In this document: piece by piece, positions 35,723-45,375 of the stretch
How positions within the stretch are numbered: position 1 is the first letter of the stretch
How the letters are laid out: each line of letters opens with the position of its first letter
DNA from: an uncultured Polyangiaceae bacterium
Lineage (GTDB): Bacteria > Desulfobacterota > Binatia > UTPRO1
Assembly: GCA_964631985.1 (NCBI GenBank)
Contig: CAZWAX010000003.1
Span: forward strand, 1 to 55,433
DNA length: 55,433 nt
Direction of reading: 5' to 3'
Notes under the pieces: model-generated
Seen by the model: only the letters and a program-made list of their open reading frames with translations
The model's database searches: none
What the model was told of the DNA's origin: nothing
Translations under genes and position numbers: made by a program

Positions 35723-36015
35723 CGCATGCCCGCTGCCATGCGAGATGGGACGTGCGCAACCATGACCGGTCTGCGCATGGCCAGAACCTCGCCCCAGGCC
35801 ACCGGGGTCAACGGGAGTTGGTTCTGGAGGTCGCTCCGTACGCGGGTGGCGTCATGACCGAGACAATGCGTCCTGTGGTCGACCAGCTGAAAGATCGGCC
35901 GCCATGGCATCGTCTTCTTGCTGCCCGTGCGTCGTCCTGCCCGATACGCCCACAATGCCACCCACGGACAGGCTGCCGCGGCGAGCCCGATGATGCTCCA
36001 TGCCGTCGTGTCCAT
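35719..36015 (-). CDS. Small N-terminally membrane-anchored protein, paralogue A (HRTHCLG motif)
   Basis: 98 aa. TM WSIIGLAAAACPWVALWAY, then RAGRRTG...DHRTHCLGHDATRV. Aligns with the downstream 76-aa ORF with a single 1-residue indel. Confidence 0.45.
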   Translation of the reverse strand: MDTTAWSIIGLAAAACPWVALWAYRAGRRTGSKKTMPWRPIFQLVDHRTHCLGHDATRVRSDLQNQLPLTPVAWGEVLAMRRPVMVAHVPSRMAAGMR

Positions 36016-36058
36016 AAATGGAAGACGTGGGGCGCCGGCGAATCTTACAGGGCATCCG

Positions 36059-36682
36059 ATGGGCGCTGAGACCGGCGACGAACGGCCGGCCGCGACCGGG
36101 ATCGACCCGGTCCTGACCGCCTACCTCGCGGGAGACCCGGAGGCAGCCGAACGGATCGTTACCACCTTCGGTAGCGTGGTGCGGGAGGCCATCGGACGTT
36201 TTCTCGCGTTTCGCGTCCGGGGCCGCACCGACATGGCGGAGGATCTGACCCACGAGGTTTTTCTCGCGCTTTTTCGCGATGATGGCCGGAAACTCCGGAC
36301 GTTCGCTGGACGATACGGATGCTCCTTCGGCGGCTGGCTCAAGGTGGTCGCGGTGCGACTCGCGATCGATCGGCTCCGGCGCGAGGGCCGTGTCGTGGCG
36401 CTCGACGATGATACCCCCCGAATGTTGGAGCTCAGGCGCTCGCTACGGACGGAGGAACCCGACCCGGAGACAGCGATGCAAGGATCGGAGGTCGCCGAAC
36501 GTCTCAGTCGGGCGATGGCGCAGCTCGGTCCCAAGGACCGTCTGCTCGCGGAGCTGCATCTCGTGCGTGGGCGGTCGCTGGACGACGTAGCCGAGGTGCT
36601 GGGAGTCACGATGAACGCGGCCTACGTTCGTAAAAGCCGCGTCCTGGAAAGGTTGCGCCGGATGCTCGGGGACGAACCATGA
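36059..36682 (+). CDS. ECF-type RNA polymerase sigma factor
   Basis: ATG at 36059. Region 2 (DLTHEVFLALF...FGGWLKVVAVRLAIDRLR) and region 4 (LGPKDRLLAELHLVRGRSLDDVAEVLGVTMNAAYVRKSRVLERLR). Confidence 0.85.
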   Translation: MGAETGDERPAATGIDPVLTAYLAGDPEAAERIVTTFGSVVREAIGRFLAFRVRGRTDMAEDLTHEVFLALFRDDGRKLRTFAGRYGCSFGGWLKVVAVRLAIDRLRREGRVVALDDDTPRMLELRRSLRTEEPDPETAMQGSEVAERLSRAMAQLGPKDRLLAELHLVRGRSLDDVAEVLGVTMNAAYVRKSRVLERLRRMLGDEP

Positions 36683-38046
36683 CGTTGTATGAGTCGACGA
36701 TGGATGCCTGTCCGACCGACGAAGAGCTCGGTGCGTTCGTCGAGCTGCGTCTCGCGAGCGAGGAGCGGACCGGCGTCGAGGAGCATCTCGCCGGGTGCGC
36801 CAGTTGCCTCGACGTCGTCGCGGCCATGCTTCCCGAATCCCTGAAGGCTCCGGACGTCGCGCCTGTCACGTCCCAACCGTCCCCCCGTCGTGTTCCGGCT
36901 CGCGACCGAAACCGCTGGCGACGATGGGCGATCGCGGCCGGCATCGTGCTGGCCGGGAGCGCCGCGCTGCTCGCGCTGCTGCAACGCCCGCTGGTCGATC
37001 GTTTAGGTCCCGGCTTGACGCGGCTCGCGACGCGCTGGCTCGGGACCGACATGCATGCCGATGCCTTCACCGTCCGCCTCGGGTCGTCGCCAGGGACCTT
37101 TGTGGTTACCCTGCGCGACGTGAAGATCGGGGGCGATCTCGGGATGTTCGTCCGAGCCGACGAGATCGGGCTCACGGTCGCATTGGCGGCGCCGATGTTC
37201 GGTGCGCCGCCGATCAGTCAGTTGCGCGTCGTCGGCCCGATCGTCGAGATCCTGGGCCCCGAATCCATGGCCCTTGCCTGGCCCGCGCGCGACCGGGAAC
37301 GGGTGCTTGCGCTGCTTTCCCAGAGCGATCGTCTCGACGTGCTCGAAGGCCGGTTCGTCGTTCGTGGAGCGACGGGAGCTGCGCTCGTCATCGACCACGT
37401 GGCCGGTGGCCTCGAACGAACCGCCGACGGGGTGAAGATCGCGTTGCAGGGGCGAGTCGCGAGCGGCAGCGTCGACGTCGTCGGCACGCTCGGCGCGGAC
37501 GATCATCGGCTGACCCTCACCGTTGCAGGCCGCGACCTCGATACGGTGGCGGTGCCGCTGCTCGCGCAGCGGATGACGGGCGTCGCCGACCTTCGGCTCG
37601 ATCTCACGAGTCGGGGGGACGATCTCCGGGCCGACGGACGGATCGCGGTTCGCAAGGGCCGGCTCGTCGGGCGCGGAACGTCGCGCGTGCTGGCGCTCGA
37701 CGGACCGACCGCGGCGAGGCTGGCGGAGGTCGCGCCGAGTCTCGTCGGTGACGATCTCGCGTTCGACGAGGCGCGCGCGATCTTCGCCTGGCGTGGTGGG
37801 ACGTGGCGCCTGCCGCGCATCTTCCTCACGACGGGGCCAACGATCGTCGGCGGACGCGCGCGGGTGGACGCGGACGGCGACGTGACGGGCCAGGGTACGC
37901 TGCATCTGCCCGCGGACCTCGTCGCGAGCCTCGGCGCACAGGCACCGGCATTGGAGAGCTTTCTCGATCCGACCGGGGCGGCGATTCTGCCTTTTGGCGT
38001 CGGTGGCACGGTAGCGACGCCGCAGTTCTCGCTCGGCCGACCCTAG
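36679..38046 (+). CDS. Anti-sigma factor (zf-HC2) fused via one TM to an AsmA-like periplasmic domain
   Basis: ATGA overlap with the sigma gene. HLAGCASC (H-x3-C-x2-C) and TM WAIAAGIVLAGSAALLALL. AsmA-like N-region (LVDRLGPGLTRLATRWLGTDMHADAFTVRLG...LRDVKIG) and C-region (FDEARAIFAWRGGTWRL...ILPFGVGGTVATPQFSL). Confidence 0.7.
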   Translation: MTLYESTMDACPTDEELGAFVELRLASEERTGVEEHLAGCASCLDVVAAMLPESLKAPDVAPVTSQPSPRRVPARDRNRWRRWAIAAGIVLAGSAALLALLQRPLVDRLGPGLTRLATRWLGTDMHADAFTVRLGSSPGTFVVTLRDVKIGGDLGMFVRADEIGLTVALAAPMFGAPPISQLRVVGPIVEILGPESMALAWPARDRERVLALLSQSDRLDVLEGRFVVRGATGAALVIDHVAGGLERTADGVKIALQGRVASGSVDVVGTLGADDHRLTLTVAGRDLDTVAVPLLAQRMTGVADLRLDLTSRGDDLRADGRIAVRKGRLVGRGTSRVLALDGPTAARLAEVAPSLVGDDLAFDEARAIFAWRGGTWRLPRIFLTTGPTIVGGRARVDADGDVTGQGTLHLPADLVASLGAQAPALESFLDPTGAAILPFGVGGTVATPQFSLGRP

Positions 38047-38065
38047 GCGCCGGTAGCCCGGCGGC

Positions 38066-39836
<1,771 letters not shown>

Positions 39837-39856
<20 letters not shown>

Positions 39857-40595
39857 CGTTGAACTTGTATCCCACCCCGCGCACTGTGAGGATCAGTTCC
39901 GGCTTGCGGTCGTCGCGCTCGACGCGGGTGCGAAGGCGGCGGACGTGGACGTCGACGGTGCGAGGCTCGACGTAGGTGTCGCGTCCCCAGACCAGATCCA
40001 GTAACTGCGTGCGCTCGAAGACGCGATTGGGATGACGGGCCAGGAACGACAACAGCTCGAACTCGCGGAGGCTGAGCTTCACCTCCTGACCATCGAGGAA
40101 CGCTTGGTAGGTGTCGAAATCGATGCGCAAGCGTCCGCGCTCGAAAAACTCATGCGGACGCTTCGCGTCGGGTCCGTGCGCACGCCGCAAGACGGCCTTG
40201 ATACGTGCCAGAAGCTCGCGGGGGCTGAATGGTTTGGTGACGTAATCGTCGGCGCCCATCTCGAGCCCGACGACCTTGTCGACCTCGGCGGCCCGCGCCG
40301 TGAGCATGAGGATCGGAACGGCCGCGGTCTCGTCGTCGTGGCGCAGGGCGCGACAGATATCGAGTCCCGACATGCCCGGGAGCATGATGTCGAGGATCAC
40401 CAATGCCGGCCGCTCACGCTTCACGAGAGCGAGGGCCAGCTCGCCTTCGTCGGCCTCGAGCACCGCAAAACCATCCTGCTCGAGATTGTAACGGATGAGG
40501 TCGCGGATGTCCTTCTCGTCCTCAACGACCAGAACCTTGCGCCGATTGCCGCCCTCGCCGCGGGGTGTCGGGCTCATACGGAGCACGGAAGCCAT
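39837..40595 (-). CDS. phoB: OmpR/PhoB-family response regulator
   Basis: Receiver (VLVVEDEKD, LVILDIMLPG) plus winged helix (LSLREFELLSFLARHPNRVF.R.QLLDLVWG....VEPRTVDVHVRRLR). The start could be 40595 or 40577. Confidence 0.72.
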
Positions 40596-40740
40596 CGTCC
40601 GTGAATGCGTGTCATTCTGCCGTCTTCGCCCCAGCCGCCTCGACGCACGGTTCCCTGTACCAGATCACATTGGCATCCGACACACGCGCGGCATGCCGTG
40701 TCTGTTAGCCCGAAGCCGATGACGATCGCGTTGGCGGAAT

Positions 40741-40758
40741 GTGACAGGCGCGTGAAAG
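40741..40758 (-). promoter_or_regulatory. Candidate Pho box upstream of phoB (CTTTCAC-GCGC-CTGTCAC)
   Basis: On the minus strand, two 7-bp direct repeats separated by 4 bp (5/7 and 6/7 matches to CTGTCAT), about 146 nt upstream of the phoB ATG. Confidence 0.25.
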
Positions 40759-40795
40759 GCCCCCGTCGAACGGCTGCCGCGGCTGGCGGGTACCG

Positions 40796-42154
40796 TTACG
40801 GGTGGGTGAAGGGCCGCGGACCTGGGGACGGCACGGGTGGGCAGATCCCCGTGAGCACGCGACCGCGTGCCGTGCTGGCAATCGCGCCGCCGTCGAGGCG
40901 CCGGACTCCGGGGAGGCCGAGACAGGCCTGGACCGTGCGGCCGAGGTCGGCGGGCGTGAGGCGGTCGCAGTCCCCATCAGCCATCCTGGGGCCGCCCCCG
41001 AGGACGATGGCCGGCACGGAACGCTCGCCCGGGCCGCCATGGTTACCGATGAGTGCGGCCTCGTCGGAGCTCCCGTCCACGATCTGATAGCCGGGCCGGG
41101 TGACGAGCAGCAGGTCGCCGGAGCGCTCGTGCGTGATCAGCCAGTCCGGATGCACGGACGCCACCGTGAAGCGCTGATCGCCGTCGGCGGGATTGCGACG
41201 TACATAGAGGGCCTCGGCCATGGCGGGGTGCGCCAGTGCTACGCGCCGAGCTGCGGCGAGCGCTGCCCCATGCGTGGTGGGATTGGACCTGCGATCGAGG
41301 TACACGTGGCCGATCCCGCCGTCGCCGACGACCTGGAACCCGCCGAGATCGTTCGCGCGCAACGCGTCCGCGAAGTGAATGGGCGGATGGGTCATCGTGT
41401 CGAATCCGTGATCGGCCGTGATGACGACTGTCGTCGAGCTCCACTCGGGGCGGGTCGCGAGCCACGCCAGGAAGCTCCCGAGCGCAGCGTCGGTTCGCTT
41501 CCGGGTCTCGGCGGCCTGCGGTGATGCCGGTCCAGCGCCGTGACTGACGCGATCGACGTCGGAGAGGTTGATGAAGAGGAAGTCCGCCCCAGCGTGCTCG
41601 ACGAGCGAGCGCGCCGCGGCCAGTGTCGTGGCGTCATAGGCATATCCCGTGACGTCGTCCCGTGCCGCGTCGGATGCCTCGCGAGCATCCCAGAGCTCGT
41701 CCGGGGCCATCTGGTGCGTTCCCGCTGCCGCGAACATCCTGCCGAGCTTGGGCTTGCCGACGGCGGCCGCCGTTCGGAGCCCGCGCGCGGCACGGTGTGC
41801 GACCGTGAAGATCGTCTCGGTCTGGAGATCGGTGGCAGCACCGAGCTTCCGCACGCGTCGGGTCGTGCGATCCCAGACGGCGTTGCCCGTGATGCCGTGG
41901 ATCTCGGGTGCCACGCCGGTGATCAACGTCGCGTGATTCGAGTTGGTACGCGTCGGCATCGAAGCGGAGACGCGCGCTTCGGGACACCAGCGCGACTCCT
42001 GCCAGGCGCGTGCCAGCACCGGGGTCGTGTCGCTGGTGACCTCCTTCGCGTCGAGCCCGTCGACGACGATCAGCAGCACCCGTTCGTGGGCCGCGGCGGG
42101 AACCAGCCAACCGGTGAGCACGAACAGCACGACGCCGAAGCGCATTCCGACCAT
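40796..42154 (-). CDS. Secreted nucleotide pyrophosphatase/phosphodiesterase (alkaline-phosphatase superfamily, NPP type)
   Basis: Start 42154/42145 (MVGMRFGVVLFVLTGWLVPAAAHE signal peptide). LLIVVDGLD metal site, nucleophile block SMPTRTNSNHATLITG, and ADHGF and GNHGG late motifs. Confidence 0.8.
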   Translation of the reverse strand: MVGMRFGVVLFVLTGWLVPAAAHERVLLIVVDGLDAKEVTSDTTPVLARAWQESRWCPEARVSASMPTRTNSNHATLITGVAPEIHGITGNAVWDRTTRRVRKLGAATDLQTETIFTVAHRAARGLRTAAAVGKPKLGRMFAAAGTHQMAPDELWDAREASDAARDDVTGYAYDATTLAAARSLVEHAGADFLFINLSDVDRVSHGAGPASPQAAETRKRTDAALGSFLAWLATRPEWSSTTVVITADHGFDTMTHPPIHFADALRANDLGGFQVVGDGGIGHVYLDRRSNPTTHGAALAAARRVALAHPAMAEALYVRRNPADGDQRFTVASVHPDWLITHERSGDLLLVTRPGYQIVDGSSDEAALIGNHGGPGERSVPAIVLGGGPRMADGDCDRLTPADLGRTVQACLGLPGVRRLDGGAIASTARGRVLTGICPPVPSPGPRPFTHP

Positions 42155-42167
42155 CGGTCGCCGACCC

Positions 42168-42938
42168 TCAGCGGCGGCGCCGTAGCGCGCGCGTGGAGGC
42201 GCGCGCCGGCCGCAGGCGCGGTGGCCGTGTGCGGCGCGGCAGATGCTCGCCGGCGAGATAGCGGCCGATCGTCGCTCGGAGCTCTTGTTGGATGCGGTCG
42301 ATCGGTTGCTGGGCATCGACGGTCACGAAGCGGAACTCGTCCGTCATCCGATCGTACTCGCGGAGGATTCGTGCCTGGTAGCGGCGAAAGGAATCGAAGA
42401 TGTCGCTGCCGAGCTTCAGGTGCATCCCCGACTCCCAGTAGTCCATGCCCTTGGACTCGAGCACGCGGGGGACCAGGTGTTTCACGTCGATCTTCAGATA
42501 CATCACCAGGTCCGGAACGACCGCGAAGCCGAAGAGCTTGCGTGTCCACTCCGGGTCGGCACCCATCACGGCGTTCCGAGCGAACGCCGTGTACATGTAG
42601 CGATCGGCGACGACGATGAACCCGGCGCGGAGGGCGGGGATGATCTGGTTTTCGAGGCGATCCGCGAAATCCGCGGCGTAGAGCAGACTGAAGGTCGTGA
42701 CGTTGAGCTCGTGGCCGGCCTTCGCCTCGTTGATGGTCTCGGCCAAGAGCGGGGAACGCGTCCATCCGGTGTTGACGACACCGTAGCCCTGCACCTCGAG
42801 CCAGCGCGTCAGCTGCTCGATCTGCGTCGAGCGCCCGACGCCGTCGGTTCCTTCGATTACGATCAGGCTGCCCCGCAGCGGGTTGATGTTCAGATACGGG
42901 AGGCCGTTGCCGTAGAAGGCCTTATCCCCGTCGTGCAC
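42168..42938 (-). CDS. Thymidylate-kinase-like P-loop protein, paralogue with Walker-A Lys->Arg
   Basis: 256 aa. P-loop LIVIEGTDGVGRSTQ (Arg in place of the invariant Lys) and VADRYMYTAF (DRY). About 40 percent identical by eye to the upstream ORF. Confidence 0.7.
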   Translation of the reverse strand: MHDGDKAFYGNGLPYLNINPLRGSLIVIEGTDGVGRSTQIEQLTRWLEVQGYGVVNTGWTRSPLLAETINEAKAGHELNVTTFSLLYAADFADRLENQIIPALRAGFIVVADRYMYTAFARNAVMGADPEWTRKLFGFAVVPDLVMYLKIDVKHLVPRVLESKGMDYWESGMHLKLGSDIFDSFRRYQARILREYDRMTDEFRFVTVDAQQPIDRIQQELRATIGRYLAGEHLPRRTRPPRLRPARASTRALRRRR

Positions 42939-43614
42939 GCGGTGCCCTCCCCTCCAGGCCCACTACCGTCGCCGCGAGGCGTCGCACGTGTTGCTGTTGT
43001 TGACTGATGTCCGCCGTCGCATCGATGACGTCGAGGTCGAACTCGCGCACGAGCTCGTCGTAGATCACCAGCACGCGACTCTGGAACAGCCGGAAGCTCT
43101 CGGTCGGGTCGCGACTGAGGCCGAGGTCCATGCCAGCCTCGTGGTACTTGAGCTTCGTCCGTCCGCTGAGGATGCGTTGGAGGGACACCTCGATCGGGAC
43201 GCGAAAGTACATCGCGAGGTCGGGTTTCGGGGCGAAGCTGTAGAGTGCCCGAACCCATTCGTTGTCGACCCCGCGTGCGACGTCGCGGCCGAACGCCGTG
43301 TAGATGTAGCGATCGGCCAGTACCGTCATGCCGGCCTTCAACGGGGGAATGATCTTGAAGGTCAGGCGGTCGGCGAAGTCCACGGCGTGCAACACGCTGA
43401 ACGTCGTCGGGGTCAGGAGGTCCTTCTTCTTGCCGCGGCGCAGTGAGCGACGGACGAGCGCCGAAGAGTTCCACTCGGTGAAGAACACCTTTTGCCCCTG
43501 CGCCAGAAGCCAGCGGTGCAACAAGGAGATCTGCGTGGATTTCCCGGAACCGTCGATGCCTTCGACGATGATCAGCTTTCCGGGATACGGATGCGGCGTC
43601 ATAAGCCCCGTCAT
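42922..43614 (-). CDS. Thymidylate-kinase-like P-loop kinase, paralogue with canonical Walker A
   Basis: 230 aa with GAGGAG RBS. P-loop LIIVEGIDGSGKSTQ and LADRYIYTAF. 17-nt overlap with the downstream paralogue. Confidence 0.75.
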   Translation of the reverse strand: MTGLMTPHPYPGKLIIVEGIDGSGKSTQISLLHRWLLAQGQKVFFTEWNSSALVRRSLRRGKKKDLLTPTTFSVLHAVDFADRLTFKIIPPLKAGMTVLADRYIYTAFGRDVARGVDNEWVRALYSFAPKPDLAMYFRVPIEVSLQRILSGRTKLKYHEAGMDLGLSRDPTESFRLFQSRVLVIYDELVREFDLDVIDATADISQQQQHVRRLAATVVGLEGRAPRARRG

Positions 43615-43671
43615 GCGTGGTCGTCTCCTCTAGCCGTGCAGGCGCGACCCGTCAAAGACCGTCGATCGATC

Positions 43672-43700
43672 GTGACGATGCGATGTCCGTGCGATGACAT
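43672..43700 (-). promoter_or_regulatory. Three 11-bp-periodic direct repeats (Pho-box-like) upstream of the Tmk-like operon
   Basis: The minus strand reads ATGTCAT-CGCA-CGGACAT-CGCA-TCGTCAC (identical 4-nt spacers; 6/7, 5/7 and 4/7 matches to CTGTCAT), 58-86 nt upstream of the ATG at 43614. Confidence 0.3.
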
Positions 43701-43731
43701 TTCGGGCACGGCGGGGATAGAATCGTCGGCC

Positions 43732-45375
43732 ATGTCATCATCGCGCGCCCTGCCCTCGTGGATCGAAGTGACCCGTGGCTCGGCGCCGATTCTCCTCCTG
43801 GCGCCACACGGTGGGCGACGTCTCGACGTGCGAGTGCCCGGCAAACACAAGGTCAACGATTTGCGGACCGCGGAAGTGACGCGGTCGCTTGCTGCGGTGC
43901 TCGGCGCGGGCACGATCATCAACGAGCAGGTCGACCGGAATGCCCTGGATTTGAATCGGTCGAGCCAGGTGCGGCGGGACGCCCCGTGGCTGATCGATCT
44001 GCTGGCCGAGATGCTGACCGATCTGATCACGCGCTTCGGTCGTGCCACCGTGCTGGTGATCCACGGCTGGAACGTCGGACAGATCGCGTGCGATGTCGGC
44101 ATCGGCATGCGTGAGGAGGCGGATGGTCTCGCGCCCTGCCGACCGGGATCGGCAACGGCCCGGAGCGCATTCGTGTCGGAGCGGCTGCGACCCCTTCAGT
44201 CGGTTGCCGCGGGCCACGGCATCACGGTGACGATCGGCTGCCGCTATCCGGCCGCCCACCCGAACAATCTCCTCCAGATCTTTCGCGGAACAGACGATGC
44301 GGAAGCGGAGGGGGCGTGCCCCATCGCGACCCTCTGTCGGACCGCGGTAGTCGATGCCGCCCAGCTCGAGCTCGCGATTCCGTTGCGTTGGCCCGGTGCC
44401 CGCCGTGATCGCTTCGTGGCATTGCTCGGGGAGGTCTTTCGTGCGGAGACCTCCAAGGAGGCTCGTGTCGTCCATGCACGGCGGGGCGACGATCTCCGCG
44501 CGATCCGCGGGCGCATCACCCGACGACGAGGCCTGCAGCTCGTCATGGACGACCTCCTGCTGATGACGGGCATCGATGCGGGCGAGCACGGGGTGGTGGG
44601 TGGCCGTGTGGTACTGAGCGAGGCCGCGGACCGGCTATCGCTTTTCACCGGTGAGCTCGCGGACCCGGCAGTCGAATGGGCCGTCCCGCCGCTTTTTTAC
44701 GAGGAAACCACCGGGATGTGGCGGTTTACGTATGAGGGCCCGCTGGTGACCTTCTCGAGCCACACGCCGTTCTTGGATCTGGAACGCGGGCTCGCCGGTG
44801 GGGCGGTCGTGGAGGGTGGACTCGACCTGCTGTTTGCGCCCGATCGGAAGTCGGCCTCCGTGGAAGGCGATGAATGCTTCGGCGACGTGCGCGGCGAGGT
44901 CCATCTCGCGGGCCGTCGGCACCGGATCGAGGCTCGTGGACTCGCGACCAGGACCGAAGCGCCGGCGCGATCCCAGTTTCCCCATTGCCGCGTCACGCTC
45001 GTGATCGGGCCCTCGATGAGCTGTACCCTCACGACGCGGCCCGGCGACACGACGGAATGGGCAAACGGGCGGCTCCGCGCGACTCTGGTCGGAACCGTGT
45101 ATGGCGGGGACGAGGCCGTCGCAGTCGAGGTGGCGGGTGAGGTCCGGATCGGGGTCGATGCAGGGAGCTTCGTCCTGGACGGGCTGTCCGGATGGCCATC
45201 CTGTCTCGAAGGTAGCCTCGAACGCCTGCTCCCCGTCCGCCGGCCTGGTCCGCTCGAGCTCGTGATCGAAACGACCTTTGCGTTGATGCGGATCGACGGT
45301 CGAAGCGTCGGATGGCTGGAGGTGACGGTGCTGCGGGAGACGCTCGACGCCTCACCCGGCGAGGTCTCAGCGTAG
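43732..45375 (+). CDS. N-formylglutamate-amidohydrolase-like (FGase fold) domain fused to an unknown ~270-aa C-terminal domain
   Basis: ATG at 43732 (alternative 43678). N-domain: ILLLAPHGG...DLRTAEVTR...DRNALDLNRS...VLVIHGW, the FGase-family pattern. The C-terminal half has no motif I recognise. Confidence 0.55.
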   Translation: MSSSRALPSWIEVTRGSAPILLLAPHGGRRLDVRVPGKHKVNDLRTAEVTRSLAAVLGAGTIINEQVDRNALDLNRSSQVRRDAPWLIDLLAEMLTDLITRFGRATVLVIHGWNVGQIACDVGIGMREEADGLAPCRPGSATARSAFVSERLRPLQSVAAGHGITVTIGCRYPAAHPNNLLQIFRGTDDAEAEGACPIATLCRTAVVDAAQLELAIPLRWPGARRDRFVALLGEVFRAETSKEARVVHARRGDDLRAIRGRITRRRGLQLVMDDLLLMTGIDAGEHGVVGGRVVLSEAADRLSLFTGELADPAVEWAVPPLFYEETTGMWRFTYEGPLVTFSSHTPFLDLERGLAGGAVVEGGLDLLFAPDRKSASVEGDECFGDVRGEVHLAGRRHRIEARGLATRTEAPARSQFPHCRVTLVIGPSMSCTLTTRPGDTTEWANGRLRATLVGTVYGGDEAVAVEVAGEVRIGVDAGSFVLDGLSGWPSCLEGSLERLLPVRRPGPLELVIETTFALMRIDGRSVGWLEVTVLRETLDASPGEVSA

